Notes: a model not told the origin generated them from the sequence alone. A DNA stretch of 64,000 nt from an uncultured delta proteobacterium (GCA_963845515.1 CAWJSR010000045.1:64001-128000), one strand, 5' to 3'; positions 20,427 to 30,890 are shown, counted from the stretch's first letter. Numbers and translations: made by a program.

Positions 20427-21086
20427 ATGTTGCCTGCAGCGGCAGCGCTCGTAGCCGTGATCCTCGCCATCCCGCCCGGGGAGCGCGTCCTGGCCTGCCG
20501 CGCCAGGATCGCGGGCGATCCCGCGCTCGCGCGGGGCGAGGCACACACCGAGGCCGTGCGCGCGCTGTCCGATCGGCTCCTCGACTACGGCATTCCGTGC
20601 GAGGCGACCGCCGAGGCAGCGCGCGCGGCGCGCCGCGCAGGGCTCTCCCACGCCGTCTTCGCCACGGCAGAGGGGCGGACCGATGGAAGCGTCGTGGAGC
20701 TGACGTTGGTCGACTCCGACGACCGCGTGCTGGCGGTCCGTCGGCTGCTGATCCCGCCGGGGGAGGAGATCGTGCAGCCGATCTCCTCGAGCCTGGACGG
20801 GCTGGCAGCGGAGATTCCGCGCCCCAGGGCGCGGAGCGTCCGCAGGCGGGCGGCGGTAGGGGTGGCAGGGGGAGGCCTCGCGCTCGTGGGGGTGGGCGCG
20901 GTCCTCGCGGCGATGGCGCGCGGCGAGGCCGACCGCGCGAACGCCGCGGCGACCCCAGACGAGTACACCGGCGCACGGCACTCGTGGGAGCGGGCTCGCG
21001 GCTGGAGCGGTGCGGCGCTCGGGGTAGGGGCGGCTGCGCTGGCGGCCGGCGTCATCTGGCGCTTCGAGCTCCATGGGGAGGACTGA
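20427..21086 (+). CDS. Hypothetical exported protein with C-terminal glycine-rich hydrophobic hairpin
   Basis: Signal peptide, C-terminal VGVAGGGLALVGVG...GAALGVGAAALAAG typical of myxobacterial PEGA/TPR-type proteins. Confidence 0.65.
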   Translation: MLPAAAALVAVILAIPPGERVLACRARIAGDPALARGEAHTEAVRALSDRLLDYGIPCEATAEAARAARRAGLSHAVFATAEGRTDGSVVELTLVDSDDRVLAVRRLLIPPGEEIVQPISSSLDGLAAEIPRPRARSVRRRAAVGVAGGGLALVGVGAVLAAMARGEADRANAAATPDEYTGARHSWERARGWSGAALGVGAAALAAGVIWRFELHGED

Positions 21087-21088
21087 CC

Positions 21089-22732
21089 GTGCGTACCCAC
21101 CATGGAACGGCGCACGCCGTATCGCGGCGCGCGCTCCCTCTCCTGGCCGCGCTGGCTCACTCGCTCGCGGCCCTCGCGCCGGCGGGCGCCAGCGCGGAGA
21201 CGCTCGCAGTGGTCGCGGCAGGCGATCCGGCGCACGGGATCGACCCGGGGCTGGCCGAGCTCACGCACCAGCTCAGGGCGGCGTGCCGCGACCGCGTGGG
21301 AGGGGTGCTCGACGTGCCGACGATGCAGGCCCGGCTCCTCGGTCAGTCGGCGGGGGCGACCGTCTCGGAGCTGGACCGCGCCTACGGGGGCGCGCTCGCC
21401 GTCTTCCAGAACGGCGAGTTCGAGAGCGCGCTGCGGACGCTGCGGGCCATCGTCGAGGACATCGAGGCGCTTCCGGAGGGGCGCGAGCCATACCGGCAGT
21501 GGATCCGGGCGCAGCTTCGGCTCGCCCACGCGGCGTCGACGATCGGACGCTACGACGAGGCGGACGGCGCGCTGACGAGGCTCCTGCGCGTCGAGCCGAA
21601 CCTGCGCGCGGATCCGGACCAGTACTCGCCGACCTATCGCCGGAGGATGGACGAGATCCGCGCGCGGGTGCAGGCGCTCCCGCAGCGGCGCGTCACGGTT
21701 GTCGGCGCCGGCAGGCCGGGGAGCGTCTTCGTCGACGGGCGGCCCTCCGGGACCACGCCGATGACGCTCTTCCTCCCCTCCGGGCGCTACCGGATGGGGG
21801 GAGCGGCGGGGGCGCTCCGCGTGCCGAGCTTCCTCGTCGACCTGACCGACGAGGATCGGACGGTCGTCCTGGACTTCGAGACCGCCGACGCAATCCGGAT
21901 GGCGTCGGGGCCGGGGCTCGTGCTCCAGGCCGCGCGCCGCGGCGAGGGGCTCATCCGCGCCGGCGCGTGGCTCGACGTCGACAAACTGATCGTGGCCTCG
22001 CGAGGGGTCGAGGGGGACGCCCCATTCCTCGTCGGCGCCATCTACGACGTCCGCCGTGGATCGATGCTGCGCGAGGGGAGCGTCCGGACGGTGGCCGGGA
22101 CGGTCCCCTCGGTCAACATGGGTGCCCTCGCGGCCTTCCTGCTGACCGGCGCCCAGCAGCGCGAGGTGCGGGCCCGGACGCCGGACGCGATCGTCGGGGC
22201 CGAGCCGCCGGTGGCCAGGCTCGCGTCGACCTCGGCGCCCGCCGCACTCCCTACGGCGGAGCCACGGCCCGAACGGATCAGCTCGTCACCGCCTGCGGCG
22301 GCGGTGGCGCCGGGGCAGCTGGACCTGCGCCCGGCCCCTCCCGCCGCCCCGATTCCAGGCATCTCCACGGCGTCCCCCGTCGTCTCGGGGAGCGGGACGC
22401 CTTCGGGGAGCCGACCGTGGCCCGGCGGGCGTCGGTGGGTGCGTCCTGCTGCGTGGGTCGCGGGCGGCTGCGCGTTCGGGTTCGCGGCGCTCGCGGTCGA
22501 CCGGCGACTGGCCGCCAACGACGCGTACGACGAGGCGCAGACGCTCCTGGCTCCGGACGAGGCCCTCATCTCGTCCACGGCCCGAGCGCGCTTCGATTCC
22601 CTGACCGCAGACGGGGACGCTGCGGTCCGTCACTCGTGGATCTCGGCGGGCGCGTCGGTGATCTTCGCTGCCGCAGCCGGCTTCCTGGGCTGGACCTCCA
22701 GCCAACCGACGGGGCCCGCCGTCACCTTCTGA
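21089..22732 (+). CDS. PEGA-domain / TPR-like exported protein
   Basis: Signal peptide, helical TPR-like region, SVFVDGRPSGTTP...LPSGRY PEGA motif, Pro-rich linker, C-terminal hydrophobic hairpin. Confidence 0.75.
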   Translation: MRTHHGTAHAVSRRALPLLAALAHSLAALAPAGASAETLAVVAAGDPAHGIDPGLAELTHQLRAACRDRVGGVLDVPTMQARLLGQSAGATVSELDRAYGGALAVFQNGEFESALRTLRAIVEDIEALPEGREPYRQWIRAQLRLAHAASTIGRYDEADGALTRLLRVEPNLRADPDQYSPTYRRRMDEIRARVQALPQRRVTVVGAGRPGSVFVDGRPSGTTPMTLFLPSGRYRMGGAAGALRVPSFLVDLTDEDRTVVLDFETADAIRMASGPGLVLQAARRGEGLIRAGAWLDVDKLIVASRGVEGDAPFLVGAIYDVRRGSMLREGSVRTVAGTVPSVNMGALAAFLLTGAQQREVRARTPDAIVGAEPPVARLASTSAPAALPTAEPRPERISSSPPAAAVAPGQLDLRPAPPAAPIPGISTASPVVSGSGTPSGSRPWPGGRRWVRPAAWVAGGCAFGFAALAVDRRLAANDAYDEAQTLLAPDEALISSTARARFDSLTADGDAAVRHSWISAGASVIFAAAAGFLGWTSSQPTGPAVTF

Positions 22733-22734
22733 GC

Positions 22735-24030
22735 TCACCGCGCCGTCGCGCCGGCCGCGGCTCGGATGGCCGCCTCGAGGCGTGGCGCCAGGTCCGGTCC
22801 GTAGTAGGTCCGGACCGACTCCCCGACGCCGAGAGCCGTCCGCTCGGGCGTGTCGACGTAGCCGGCGTAACCGCCCACCAGCGAGACGATCTCGGCGTCG
22901 TCGCCCGCGGCGGCGCGCCAGCCGGCGCCCACCTCCGCGGTCGGCTCCGCCGGGACGGCGACGAGCAGCAGCGGCCCGATCCGCAGCGCGGTGACGCGGG
23001 CGGTAGCCGGCACATGGCTCCAGCCCAGCGAGGAGGCCGCGCGACGCAGCAGGCTCGGGACGGCGCCCGGCGAGACCGCAGGCAGGTCGACCGACGCGGC
23101 GGCGGTGGCCAGCACGGTCGCGGTCGCCTCCGGGAGGGCGGGGAGCGCGTCGTCGCGCTCGATCACCGCGGCCGCGTAGCGCTCGGGGGCGCTGGCCTCG
23201 TCGACCCGCTGGACGCGCACCGACTGGTCGCCGAGCGCTCCCTGGACGAACACGCGAACGCCACGACCGGGCTGGGCCGCGACCCGCCCCGGCCACTCGG
23301 CGGAGAGCAGCCGGTTCGCCTTGCCGAGGATCGTGGGATGGGCAGCGAAGACGAGGAGCTCCCCGATCGCCTCGCCGTCTTCCGCGACGAGGCGGACCGA
23401 CGCCATGCGGCCGTCGACGCGGCCGCCGGAGCGCGCCTTCACGAGCTGCTCAGCGGTCCCGCGGGCGATCGTGAGCCGGGCGGGTGCAGCGGCCCCGGCG
23501 GCGAGGCGAACCGCCTCGGCCATGCGCCGGGCCAGCAGCTCGAAGATGCGGGCATCGTAGGGACCGAGCGCGCCACGCTCGAAGGCGACGTCATCCCGGA
23601 AGCCACCCGGTCCGGCGTGGGTGTGCGTGGCGCCTACGAGGAGCGCGTCGAGGCCGAGATCGGAGACGAGCGCCTCGATGCGCTGCACGAGCGCCTCGGA
23701 GACGAGCAGGACGTCGGCCGACACCACGGCTGCCCGGCAGCCGGGCACCTCGAGGTAGACGGCCCGCGCACCCACCGGGTCCCGGATCCCCTCGCTCCTC
23801 CAGGAGAGCCGGGCGTAGCCGCCGATGGGAGCGCCGGGGGGCAAGTCGATGCTCACCGCGGCGGCGCCCGCGCGCAGCGGTCCGCTCCCCCGTGAGGTGG
23901 GGGCGAGCCGCGGTGGCCCCGCCGGGCGGCTCCCGTGCCACGGGAGCGACAGTGCCCCGATGGCGATAGCCAGTCCGGCGACCGCGATCGCGACCCCGAC
24001 GACGAGCTTTCGTATGGGGAGCTTTTTCAA
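22735..24030 (-). CDS. Neutral/alkaline ceramidase N-terminal-domain family protein
   Basis: [44 protein letters not shown] motifs. Start uncertain (TTG 24030 or ATG 24060). Confidence 0.72.
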   Translation of the reverse strand: MKKLPIRKLVVGVAIAVAGLAIAIGALSLPWHGSRPAGPPRLAPTSRGSGPLRAGAAAVSIDLPPGAPIGGYARLSWRSEGIRDPVGARAVYLEVPGCRAAVVSADVLLVSEALVQRIEALVSDLGLDALLVGATHTHAGPGGFRDDVAFERGALGPYDARIFELLARRMAEAVRLAAGAAAPARLTIARGTAEQLVKARSGGRVDGRMASVRLVAEDGEAIGELLVFAAHPTILGKANRLLSAEWPGRVAAQPGRGVRVFVQGALGDQSVRVQRVDEASAPERYAAAVIERDDALPALPEATATVLATAAASVDLPAVSPGAVPSLLRRAASSLGWSHVPATARVTALRIGPLLLVAVPAEPTAEVGAGWRAAAGDDAEIVSLVGGYAGYVDTPERTALGVGESVRTYYGPDLAPRLEAAIRAAAGATAR

Positions 24031-24058
24031 GGCCGGATCGTTATACTCCGCGCGCCTC

Positions 24059-25517
24059 ATGGGCTACGACAGCGTCAGCGACAAGATGAAGGACGAGTGC
24101 GGAGTCTTCGGAATCTGGGCACTCGGCCAGCACGAAGAAGCCGCACATTTCACCTACCTCGGCCTGCACGCGCTGCAGCACCGCGGGCAGGAGTCGGCCG
24201 GCATCGTCGCGACCGACGGCGAGACCCTCCACGTCCACCGGGCGATGGGGCTGGTCGCCGACATCTTCGACGCCGACGTGCTGGCGCGGCTCAAGGGCGG
24301 CTCCGCCATCGGCCACGTCCGCTACTCCACCACCGGGGCGAGCCACCTCAAGAACGTGCAGCCGATGGCCGTGCAGTACGCCGGCGGCGCGGTCGCGGTG
24401 GCGCACAACGGGAACCTCGTCAACGCCGAGGCGCTCCGCGCGGAGCTCGAGGGGGCGGGCTCGATCTTCCAGTCCTCCTCCGACACCGAGGTGATCATCC
24501 ACCTCATCGCGCGGGCCAAGGTCGGCGCGGACGGGGCCTCTGCCGCCGGCCTGGTCCCGGCGATCCGCGGCGCGCTCGCGCGGGTCTCCGGCGCCTACTC
24601 GCTCGTCTTCCTCACCCCCAAGACGCTCGTCGGCGTGCGCGATCCGCTCGGCGTCCGTCCACTGGTGCTCGGCCGGCTCAAGGGCAGCTGGGTCCTCGCC
24701 AGCGAGACGACCGCCCTCGACCTGATCGAGGCCGAGTACGTGCGCGAGGTCGAGCCCGGCGAGATGGTCGTCATCGACGCCACCGGGATGAGCAGCGAGC
24801 GGCTCTTCCCGGATGCGCCGCGCGCCGAAGCGCTACGGACGTTGCGTCTTCGAGCACATCTACTTCGCGCGCCCCGACTCGGTCCTCTTCGGCAGGTCGG
24901 TCTACGCGGCCCGCCAGTCCTTCGGCCGTCAGCTCGCGCGCCAGCACCCGGTCGAGGCCGATCTCGTCATCCCCGTGCCCGACTCGGGCGTGCCGGCGGC
25001 GATCGGCTACGCCGAGGAGAGCGGGATCCCCTTCGCGATGGGGCTGGTCCGCTCGCACTACGTCGGCCGCACGTTCATCGAGCCGTCGCAGTCGATCCGC
25101 CACTTCGGGGTCAAGCTGAAGCTCAACGCGCTGCGCGACGTGCTCAAGGGCAAGCGGGTCGTCGTCGTCGACGACTCGGTCGTGCGCGGGACGACCAGCC
25201 GCAAGATCGTGAAGATGATCCGGTCGGCCGGCGCCACCGAGGTCCACCTGCGCATCAGCTCGCCGCCCACGGCGTGGCCCTGCTACTACGGCATCGACAC
25301 GCCGACCCGGCAGGAGCTGATCGCGTCGAGCCACTCGGTCGACGAGATCGCGAAGTACGTCACCGCCGACTCGCTCGGCTACCTCGCGCTCGAAGGGCTC
25401 TACGAGGCGCTCGGTGAGGATCGCAGCCGGTTCTGCGACGCCTGCTTCTCGGGCGATTACCCGATCGAGTTCCCGGCCCGATCGCCGTCCGCGCCGGTTC
25501 GCGTCGTAGGGGCGTAA
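24059..25517 (+). CDS. purF: Amidophosphoribosyltransferase, +1 frameshift near 24821
   Basis: [31 protein letters not shown], then in the next frame [36 protein letters not shown]. Confidence 0.95.
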
Positions 25518-25565
25518 GGCGCAGCAGGAGCCCCGGCGGCCGCCCGTTTGGGCTAGGCTTGGGCC

Positions 25566-26681
25566 ATGCCAGCGCCCGGCCCCCGCGTCGCCGACGGCCA
25601 GCTCTTCGTCTACCGGCTCTTCGACGTCGCCGACTCGATCGACCTGGCGCGCGCGGAGAGGGTCGCCGCCGCGCCCAAGTCCCGCCTCGCGCTCGAAGGG
25701 GCCGGGTCCGGCACCGCCTTCGACTTTCCGCGTCCTCCCCTCCACCTCGTCCTCGGGCGGCGCGAGATCAGGATCGGCGGCGACCTGCACGAGGCGGAGG
25801 CGAGCGCGCACGTGATGGACACCGGCGTCGCCAGCATCCTCTACAAGATCGCGATCGCGCCAGGCACGACGCTCGGGGAGCTGCTGCCGCTCTCGGAGGC
25901 GCTGCTCGCGCGGGCCACGCCCGAGCTCGACGCGGCCGCGCGGAGGGACGCCGAGGCGCTCTGCCGCGACCTCGCGCCTGCGCTGGAGCGGCCGCACGAG
26001 TGGGAGGGGCTCGAGACCTATCACGTGGTCTTCGTGCGCCGCTTCGAGGAGGGGGAGATCACGGCGGACCGGCTCCTCGCCGAGGCCCCCATCGCCGAGT
26101 TGGTCCTCGGGGAGACGAGCAACGTTCCGCTCTCTGCCGCAGAGCGTCAGGACGTCCTGGCGCACAACTTCACGTACCAGGTCGACGATCTGGCGCTGGT
26201 GCACTGGAATGGGGCGTTCGTCTACGAGTCCTCGGGGGTGGAGGACATCCCCGACCTCCTCGAGTTCGCGACGGCCCACCTGCTGGAGCTTCGCTACTAC
26301 GACGCGCTCCTCGACCGCGAGCTGCACCTGCTCTACGACGAGATCGAGGCGGGCGGCAGCCCCCTCACCAACATCGTCACGCGCAAGTACCGGACCCTGG
26401 AGCGGCGCGTCGCAGGGCTGCTGCTCGAGATCTCCGAGATGATCGAACGGCTGGAAAACGCTGTGAAAATCGTCGGGGACTTCTACCTCGCGCGCCTGTA
26501 CCAGGGGGCGGTCCGCCGCTTCCGCCTCCCGGCGTGGCAGGAGTCCGTCCTCAGGAAGCAGCGCCTCCTCTCCGAGGTGAACGATCTCATCGGCCACGCG
26601 GCCGACACCTCCAGGGCCGAGCTGCTGGAGCTCATCATCATCCTGCTCATCGCCTACGAGATCATCGCGGCCTTCAGCTGA
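25566..26681 (+). CDS. Hypothetical protein, possibly RMD1/DUF155- or CorA-like, with C-terminal TM helix
   Basis: YRLFDVADSIDL, LLELRYYD, GDFYLARLY, C-terminal LELIIILLIAYEI. Confidence 0.6.
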   Translation: MPAPGPRVADGQLFVYRLFDVADSIDLARAERVAAAPKSRLALEGAGSGTAFDFPRPPLHLVLGRREIRIGGDLHEAEASAHVMDTGVASILYKIAIAPGTTLGELLPLSEALLARATPELDAAARRDAEALCRDLAPALERPHEWEGLETYHVVFVRRFEEGEITADRLLAEAPIAELVLGETSNVPLSAAERQDVLAHNFTYQVDDLALVHWNGAFVYESSGVEDIPDLLEFATAHLLELRYYDALLDRELHLLYDEIEAGGSPLTNIVTRKYRTLERRVAGLLLEISEMIERLENAVKIVGDFYLARLYQGAVRRFRLPAWQESVLRKQRLLSEVNDLIGHAADTSRAELLELIIILLIAYEIIAAFS

Positions 26682-26768
26682 GGTGCGATCCGTCCCCACT
26701 GGCGCGGGTTCGCGCGCTGCGATCATCACGGAAGGCCCATTTTTCAGGCGATCGAAAGCCATGAGAAG

Positions 26769-26797
26769 TTGACGGCGCGATCCTGAAGCGATATCAG
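26769..26797 (+). promoter_or_regulatory. Sigma-70-type promoter upstream of HU
   Basis: TTGACG-N17-TATCAG. Confidence 0.45.
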
Positions 26798-26860
26798 CAA
26801 TGCCATTCACCGCTCGGCAGCCCTGATTTACGGCGGTTTCCACACGGAGGGATCCACCAA

Positions 26861-27148
26861 ATGACGCAGGCCCAGTTCTTCCAGGCGGTCGCCGAGGCGG
26901 CCGATCTTCCGAAGGCGCAGGTACGCGCGGTCTTCACCGCGGTCGAGGCGGTCGTCAGCAAGCGGCTCAAGGCCGAGGGGAAGATCCCGCTCGGCGGCCT
27001 CGGCAACGTGAAGCTCGTCGACCGCAAGGCCCGCATCGGCCGCAACCCGATGACCGGCGAGCAGATCAAGATCCCGGCCCGCACCGCGATCAAGATCGCG
27101 CCTGCCAAGGCCCTCAAGGACATCTTCAACAAGAAGGCGAAGAAGTAG
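26861..27148 (+). CDS. HU-family DNA-binding protein
   Basis: RKARIGRNPMTGEQIKIPA motif. Strong RBS (GGAGG). Confidence 0.95.
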   Translation: MTQAQFFQAVAEAADLPKAQVRAVFTAVEAVVSKRLKAEGKIPLGGLGNVKLVDRKARIGRNPMTGEQIKIPARTAIKIAPAKALKDIFNKKAKK

Positions 27149-27216
27149 CCGACGCCGTCTTGCTGCACCTCGCGCCCGCCCGGCACCTGCCTGGCGGGCG
27201 CTTCGCGGTTCATGAA

Positions 27217-27258
27217 CCCTCTCCCCGGTTCCGGCCGGGGAGAGGGCAGGGTGAGGGG
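27217..27258 (-). repeat. REP-like palindromic repeat
   Basis: CCCTCTCCCCGG...CCGGGGAGAGGGCAGGGTGAGGGG between convergent genes. Confidence 0.75.
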
Positions 27259-27262
27259 TGGC

Positions 27263-28015
27263 TCAGCTCTTGAGCTTCAGCAGCGTCCGCACGGTCGAGA
27301 TCACGTCCACGAACTGCACAGGCTTCTGGAGGTAGACGTCGATGCCGAGGCTCTCGGCGCGGGCACGCGCGTCGGGGCCGCCCGCGCTGATGATCACGGT
27401 GGGGATCCCGAGCAGCGCCGGGTCGGCCTTCATCCGCTCGACGAGCGAGAAGCCGTCCATCACCGGCATGTATAGGTCGGCCATGACGAGGTCGATCCGC
27501 GGCAGGCGCTTCAGCCGGAGCAGCGCCTCGTGGCCGTTCGATCCGTACTCGATGCCGATCTCGGTGGAGCCATCCGGCGACCGCAGCTTCCGGAGCGCGT
27601 ACTCGTACATCTCGATGACGTGCGGGTTGTCCTCGACCACCAGGATCCGGAAGCTCCGCTTGACCTTGCCGATCCCGATGCCGGTCCGGGCGATCTCCGC
27701 GAGCGACGCCAGCTTGTGGCGGTCGTCGATGTGATCGACGGGCACCTTGACCGCGACGCCTGCAGGGCCGGCGTCGCCGCCCTGGCGGCTGCGGACCACC
27801 TCGACCTCGATCTCCACCGGGTCGAGCAGGGAAGGGAAGCTGATCTGGAGCGGGACGCGCTCGCCGTCGCCGAGGGCGCGATCAGTGCGGATGAAGAGGC
27901 CGCCCGCCGAGAGGTTCTCGGTGACGTCGCGCGCCTTGGCCGCGTCGCCGGGGTAATCCACCCGAAGGACTAGGGGAACACGCGGATCCCTGCGCTGGTC
28001 CTGACCGCCGCTCAT
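27263..28015 (-). CDS. PilZ + receiver-domain protein
   Basis: RRDPRVP and NLSAGGLFI (PilZ RxxxR and D/NxSxxG), then ILVVEDN...ADLYMPVMDG...LQKP (REC). Confidence 0.88.
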   Translation of the reverse strand: MSGGQDQRRDPRVPLVLRVDYPGDAAKARDVTENLSAGGLFIRTDRALGDGERVPLQISFPSLLDPVEIEVEVVRSRQGGDAGPAGVAVKVPVDHIDDRHKLASLAEIARTGIGIGKVKRSFRILVVEDNPHVIEMYEYALRKLRSPDGSTEIGIEYGSNGHEALLRLKRLPRIDLVMADLYMPVMDGFSLVERMKADPALLGIPTVIISAGGPDARARAESLGIDVYLQKPVQFVDVISTVRTLLKLKS

Positions 28016-28050
28016 CTGGAGTGCCGAAGTCTATATCACGGTGGATTCAC

Positions 28051-28079
28051 TTGACAATCCGGGGGTCCGCCAATAGCCT
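28051..28079 (+). promoter_or_regulatory. Sigma-70-type promoter for nuoEFJK
   Basis: TTGACA-N17-TAGCCT. Confidence 0.65.
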
Positions 28080-28129
28080 GCGCCGGCATTTCAACCCCCC
28101 GCAGTCTCAGCTGTCTTCATCGGACCGTC

Positions 28130-28645
28130 ATGACCGTTCAGGCGTCTGTGGGTGCCGCCGAAACATTGCCGCGCGACAAGGTCGAGCACTTCGACAGGGA
28201 GCTCGTCGAGATCCTGAAGAGGTATCCGCCCGACAAGAAGGCCGCCGCGATGATCCCCGCCCTTCGCCTGGGCCAGGAGATCTTCGGGTGGGCCTCTCCC
28301 GCGGTCAAGAAGCTCTGCGCCGATCGGCTCGGGACGACTGCGTCCCGTGCCGAGGAGGTGTCGACCTTCTACGTGATGTTCCACAACGAGCCGGCGGGAA
28401 AGCACGTCGTGGAGATCTGCACCAACGTCTCCTGCTGCCTGACCGGCGGTGAGAAGATCTTCGAGCACCTCAAGGCGAAGTGGGGCGTCAAGAACGGCGG
28501 CACCACCGCCGACGGGCGCTACACGCTCCGCGAGGTGGAGTGCCTGGGCGCCTGCGGCACGGCCCCGGCGATGCTCGTGGACGAGGAGATGTACGAGCGG
28601 CTCGACGTCCAGAAGGTGGAGCAGATCCTCGGAGGCCTCAAGTGA
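28130..28645 (+). CDS. nuoE: NADH-quinone oxidoreductase subunit E
   Basis: STFYVMF, CTNVSC, ECLGACGTAP [2Fe-2S] motifs. Confidence 0.95.
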   Translation: MTVQASVGAAETLPRDKVEHFDRELVEILKRYPPDKKAAAMIPALRLGQEIFGWASPAVKKLCADRLGTTASRAEEVSTFYVMFHNEPAGKHVVEICTNVSCCLTGGEKIFEHLKAKWGVKNGGTTADGRYTLREVECLGACGTAPAMLVDEEMYERLDVQKVEQILGGLK

Positions 28646-29967
28646 GCGAGACGCTCATCCTGACGAAGCGCTGGGGCAAGCCCAATAGCGCCGCCCTGGA
28701 GACCTACCGTGCCGACGGCGGCTACGGTGCGCTCGACAAGGCGCTCTCCATGGAACCCTCCGCGATCGTCGAGGAGGTGAAGAAGTCGAACCTCCGCGGG
28801 CGCGGCGGCGCCGGCTTCGCGTGCGGCCTCAAGTGGACGTTCCTGCCGAAGGACATCCGGCCCCGGTACCTCACGGTGAACGCCGACGAGTCCGAGCCCG
28901 GCACGTTCAAGGACCGCTACATCATCGAGCATGACCCGCACATGCTCGTCGAGGGGATCGCGATCACCTGCTACGCCCTCGACATCCACGTCGCCTACAT
29001 CTACATCCGCGGTGAGTTCGCCAAGCAGGCGCGCTCCCTGGAGAAGGCGATCGGCGAGGCGCGGCTGGCCGGCATCCTCGGCAAGCGGCTGGGCGACAAG
29101 AAGGACTTCGACCTCGACATCTTCGTGCACCGGGGCGCGGGCGCCTACGTCTGCGGCGAGGAGAGCGCGCTGCTCGAGTCGCTCGAGGGCAAGCGGGGCA
29201 ACCCGCGCCTCAAGCCGCCGTTCCCGGCCGTGGTCGGGCTCTGGGGCAAGCCGACGATCATCAACAACGTCGAGACGATCTCCAACGTCCCCTGGATCAT
29301 CCAGAACGGCGGCGACGCCTTCGCCGCGATCGGGATGGGCAAGTCGGGCGGCACCCGCCTCTTCGGCGTCTCCGGCCACGTGAACCGCCCGGGCATCTAC
29401 GAGCGGCCCGTCGGTTACAACATGAAGAAGTTCGTCATGGAGGACGCCGGCGGCATCGTCGGCGGTCGCAAGCTCAAGGCGGTCATCCCGGGCGGCTCTT
29501 CGTGCCCGGTGCTCACCGCCGACGAGATCGACATCCCCATGGAGTTCGACGCCCTGAAGGCGGCCGGTACGATGGCCGGCTCGGGCGGCCTCATCGTCTT
29601 CGACGAGTCGACCTGCATGGTCCGCGCGCTCGCCCGCATCTCCAAGTTCTACGCGGAGGAGAGCTGCGGCCAGTGCACCCCCTGCCGTGAGGGGACGGCC
29701 TGGATGGAGGCGATCGTCGAGAAGATCGAGCACGGCCACGGCACCGCCGCGGACGTCGAGAAGCTCGAGCAGATCGCCAACAGCATCGGCGGCAACACCA
29801 TCTGCGCCCTCGGTGACGCGGCGTCGATGCCGGTCCAGTCCTTCCTGAAGAAGTTCAAGCCCGAGTTCCTGCGCCACGTCGAGGAGCACCGCTGCCCCTA
29901 CGGCGAGTCCGGCTGGGGGCTCACCCAGACGTCCCGCGACGCCCTCGTGGGCGCGGTGAGGTACTAG
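28642..29967 (+). CDS. nuoF: NADH-quinone oxidoreductase subunit F
   Basis: LRGRGGAGF, NADESEPGTFKDR, GAGAYVCGEE, ESCGQCTPCREG. Confidence 0.97.
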   Translation: MSETLILTKRWGKPNSAALETYRADGGYGALDKALSMEPSAIVEEVKKSNLRGRGGAGFACGLKWTFLPKDIRPRYLTVNADESEPGTFKDRYIIEHDPHMLVEGIAITCYALDIHVAYIYIRGEFAKQARSLEKAIGEARLAGILGKRLGDKKDFDLDIFVHRGAGAYVCGEESALLESLEGKRGNPRLKPPFPAVVGLWGKPTIINNVETISNVPWIIQNGGDAFAAIGMGKSGGTRLFGVSGHVNRPGIYERPVGYNMKKFVMEDAGGIVGGRKLKAVIPGGSSCPVLTADEIDIPMEFDALKAAGTMAGSGGLIVFDESTCMVRALARISKFYAEESCGQCTPCREGTAWMEAIVEKIEHGHGTAADVEKLEQIANSIGGNTICALGDAASMPVQSFLKKFKPEFLRHVEEHRCPYGESGWGLTQTSRDALVGAVRY

Positions 29968-29969
29968 CG

Positions 29970-30476
29970 ATGAGCGCGAACGCCGAGCTCGTCACCTTCT
30001 TCGTCTTCGCCGTGCCGCTGCTCTTCACCGCGGCCGGCGTCGTCATGGCCCGCAACCCCATCTACGCTGCGATGAACCTGGTGGCGGCCTTCTTCTTCCT
30101 GGCCGGCATCTACCTCCTGCTGGTGGCGCACCTGATCGCCTTCATGCAGATCCTGGTTTACGCCGGCGCGGTGATGGTCCTGTTCCTCTTCGTGATCATG
30201 CTGCTCTCGATCCACGACGAGAACATCGAGGCCCAGATGCCCCGCGCGGTGCAGTGGATCGGGGCGGCGGGCGCGCTCGGCCTCTTCGGCCTCCTGATCG
30301 CCGCGGTCTGGGACGTGGGCGCCGGCAACCCGGCGACCCTGACGGCGGACTTCGGCACCGTGAAGGCCGTGGGAAAGATCCTTTACTCGCAGTACCTGCT
30401 CCCCTTCGAGGCCACCAGCCTCCTGCTGCTGGTCGCCATCGTGGGCTCGGTGGTCGTCGCCAAGGAGAGGATCTGA
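29970..30476 (+). CDS. nuoJ: NADH-quinone oxidoreductase subunit J
   Basis: QILVYAGAVMVLFLFVIML, LPFEATSLLLLVA. Confidence 0.95.
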   Translation: MSANAELVTFFVFAVPLLFTAAGVVMARNPIYAAMNLVAAFFFLAGIYLLLVAHLIAFMQILVYAGAVMVLFLFVIMLLSIHDENIEAQMPRAVQWIGAAGALGLFGLLIAAVWDVGAGNPATLTADFGTVKAVGKILYSQYLLPFEATSLLLLVAIVGSVVVAKERI

Positions 30477-30478
30477 CC

Positions 30479-30781
30479 ATGGTCCCGGTCTCCTACTACC
30501 TCGCCCTCGCAGCCGCGCTCTTCGCCATCGGCGCCGTCGGCGTGATGATCAAGCGGAACGCGCTGATCGTCATGATGTGCCTCGAGCTCATGATGAACGC
30601 GGCCAACCTCACCTTCCTCGCCTTCGCGCGGCAGCATGGGAACGTCGGCGGCCACGCCGTCGCCTTCTTCGTGATCGCCGTCGCGGCCTGCGAGGCGGCC
30701 GTCGGCCTCGCCATCGTCATCGCGGTCTTCCGGACGCGCGGGGACGTCGAGCTCGAAGGGGCCAGGGTGCTCCACGAGTAG
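30479..30781 (+). CDS. nuoK: NADH-quinone oxidoreductase subunit K
   Basis: CLELMMNAANL, AVAACEAAVGLA. Confidence 0.95.
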   Translation: MVPVSYYLALAAALFAIGAVGVMIKRNALIVMMCLELMMNAANLTFLAFARQHGNVGGHAVAFFVIAVAACEAAVGLAIVIAVFRTRGDVELEGARVLHE

Positions 30782-30819
30782 GAGCCTCCCCAGCGCCACG
30801 CCCGCGTCGACGCGGGAGC

Positions 30820-30852
30820 AAAGCGCTCCAGCCTCCCGGCTGGGGCGCTTTT
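30820..30852 (+). terminator. Intrinsic terminator after nuoK
   Basis: AAAGCGCTCCAGCC-TCCC-GGCTGGGGCGCTTTT hairpin with T tail. Confidence 0.7.
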
Positions 30853-30890
30853 CCACGACGGGGCGCCGGACGAAGCGCTAGATTCGCCGC

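Noticed and set aside
24800..24850. Programmed frameshifting in purF
   Set aside because: No slippery sequence or stimulatory structure is evident, and the same one-base defect recurs in unrelated genes, which points to sequence error.
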